A stretch of 64,000 nucleotides of DNA, taken from assembly GCA_030647775.1 (NCBI GenBank), contig JAUSJC010000010.1, forward strand, positions 338,646 to 402,645, read 5' to 3'. This DNA is from Candidatus Curtissbacteria bacterium (GTDB lineage Bacteria; Patescibacteriota; Microgenomatia; Curtissbacterales; GWA2-41-24). This document shows positions 63,730-64,000 of this stretch, one piece after another. The notes below the pieces were generated by a model that saw only the letters and a program-made list of their open reading frames with translations, was not told the DNA's origin and did not search any database. The translations under genes and the position numbers were made by a program. Every line of letters begins with the position of its first letter. Within the stretch, counting starts at the first letter, position 1.

Positions 63730-64000
63730 ACATCAAGCTTTCGGTTATTGTTCCTGTTTATAACGAAGAGAAACGCCTCAAGGGCGGTTTTGAGCATTAC
63801 TACTCATATCTTAAAAAGCAGAAGTATCCGTGGGAACTGATTTTTGTCAACGACGGTTCGCGTGATAACACTCTTGACCTTTTAAATAAAACCGCCAAAG
63901 GCAAAACAAATATCCGGATCATTTCTTACGGACAAAACCGGGGGAAAGGTTATGCCATCGTTCAGGGCATTAAAAATGCCAATGGTGAGATTGTTTTATT
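63726..64000 (+). CDS. GT2 polyprenyl-phosphate sugar synthase-like glycosyltransferase, N-terminal fragment (runs off window)
   Basis: ATG overlaps the upstream stop (ATGA). 'KLSVIVPVYNEEKRL...WELIFVNDGSRDNT...GQNRGKGYAIVQGI'. No stop before the window end. Confidence 0.6.
   Translation, partial: MNIKLSVIVPVYNEEKRLKGGFEHYYSYLKKQKYPWELIFVNDGSRDNTLDLLNKTAKGKTNIRIISYGQNRGKGYAIVQGIKNANGEIVL

Noticed and set aside
1-64000. Mobile elements, integrases, tRNA/rRNA genes, toxin-antitoxin pairs, reverse transcriptases
   Set aside because: I scanned for hallmark motifs (DDE, tyrosine-recombinase R..HxxR..Y, tRNA cloverleaf GTTC...T-loop spacing, YxDD). None was recognised, but absence is by eye only.

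Overview
This is an AT-rich 64-kb window (roughly one-third GC by eye) with almost no intergenic space and many 4-20-nt gene overlaps. Essentially the whole window is one glycan-biosynthesis and extracytoplasmic-glycosylation super-locus of a bacterium. The tiny spacers and weak ribosome-binding sites are reminiscent of small-genome uncultured lineages (inference only). I see no rRNA, tRNA, CRISPR array, transposase, integrase or phage genes.

About 60 CDS are supported. They include:
- cytoplasmic GT4/GT2 glycosyltransferases;
- at least 7 DPM1/ArnC-like GT2 polyprenyl-phosphate-sugar synthases;
- at least 12 large polytopic membrane proteins (PMT_2/ArnT-like GT-C, DUF2029/GT87-like, DUF2142-like and unclassified);
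- a complete pseudaminic/legionaminic-acid-type nonulosonic acid module at 17.6-26.6 kb (4,6-dehydratase, DegT aminotransferase, GNAT, PseG/NeuC-like, NeuB-family synthase, CMP-sugar synthetase, Gfo/Idh/MocA oxidoreductase, formyltransferase, DUF4910 aminopeptidase-like protein);
- an Ara4N-like module at 50-56 kb with a split ArnA (UXS-type UDP-GlcA decarboxylase, ArnB-like aminotransferase, ArnC-like GT2, GT-C membrane protein);
- a UDP-GlcA 4-epimerase-like SDR;
- three paralogous membrane-anchored SGNH (AlgX/DltD-like) proteins;
- eight SAM methyltransferases, two of them zinc-ribbon-fused paralogues, one a sugar C-methyltransferase-like enzyme, plus one decayed MTase fragment;
- two GNAT and one hexapeptide (LbH) acetyltransferase;
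- a Wzm/Wzt ABC exporter and a Wzx-like flippase.

The most unusual sequence-level signals are:
- a conserved ~50-100-bp element in 4 copies, all in the same + strand orientation, sitting exactly at gene junctions / 5' ends of glycosylation genes (three GT-C/PMT_2-like genes and one GT-B-like transferase gene);
- a 21-bp x5 in-frame tandem repeat in the N-terminal tail of another GT-C gene;
- a GC-rich methyltransferase gene remnant;
- a GC-rich palindromic intergenic element.

All functional calls rest on motifs I read in the translated ORFs. No database search was possible.
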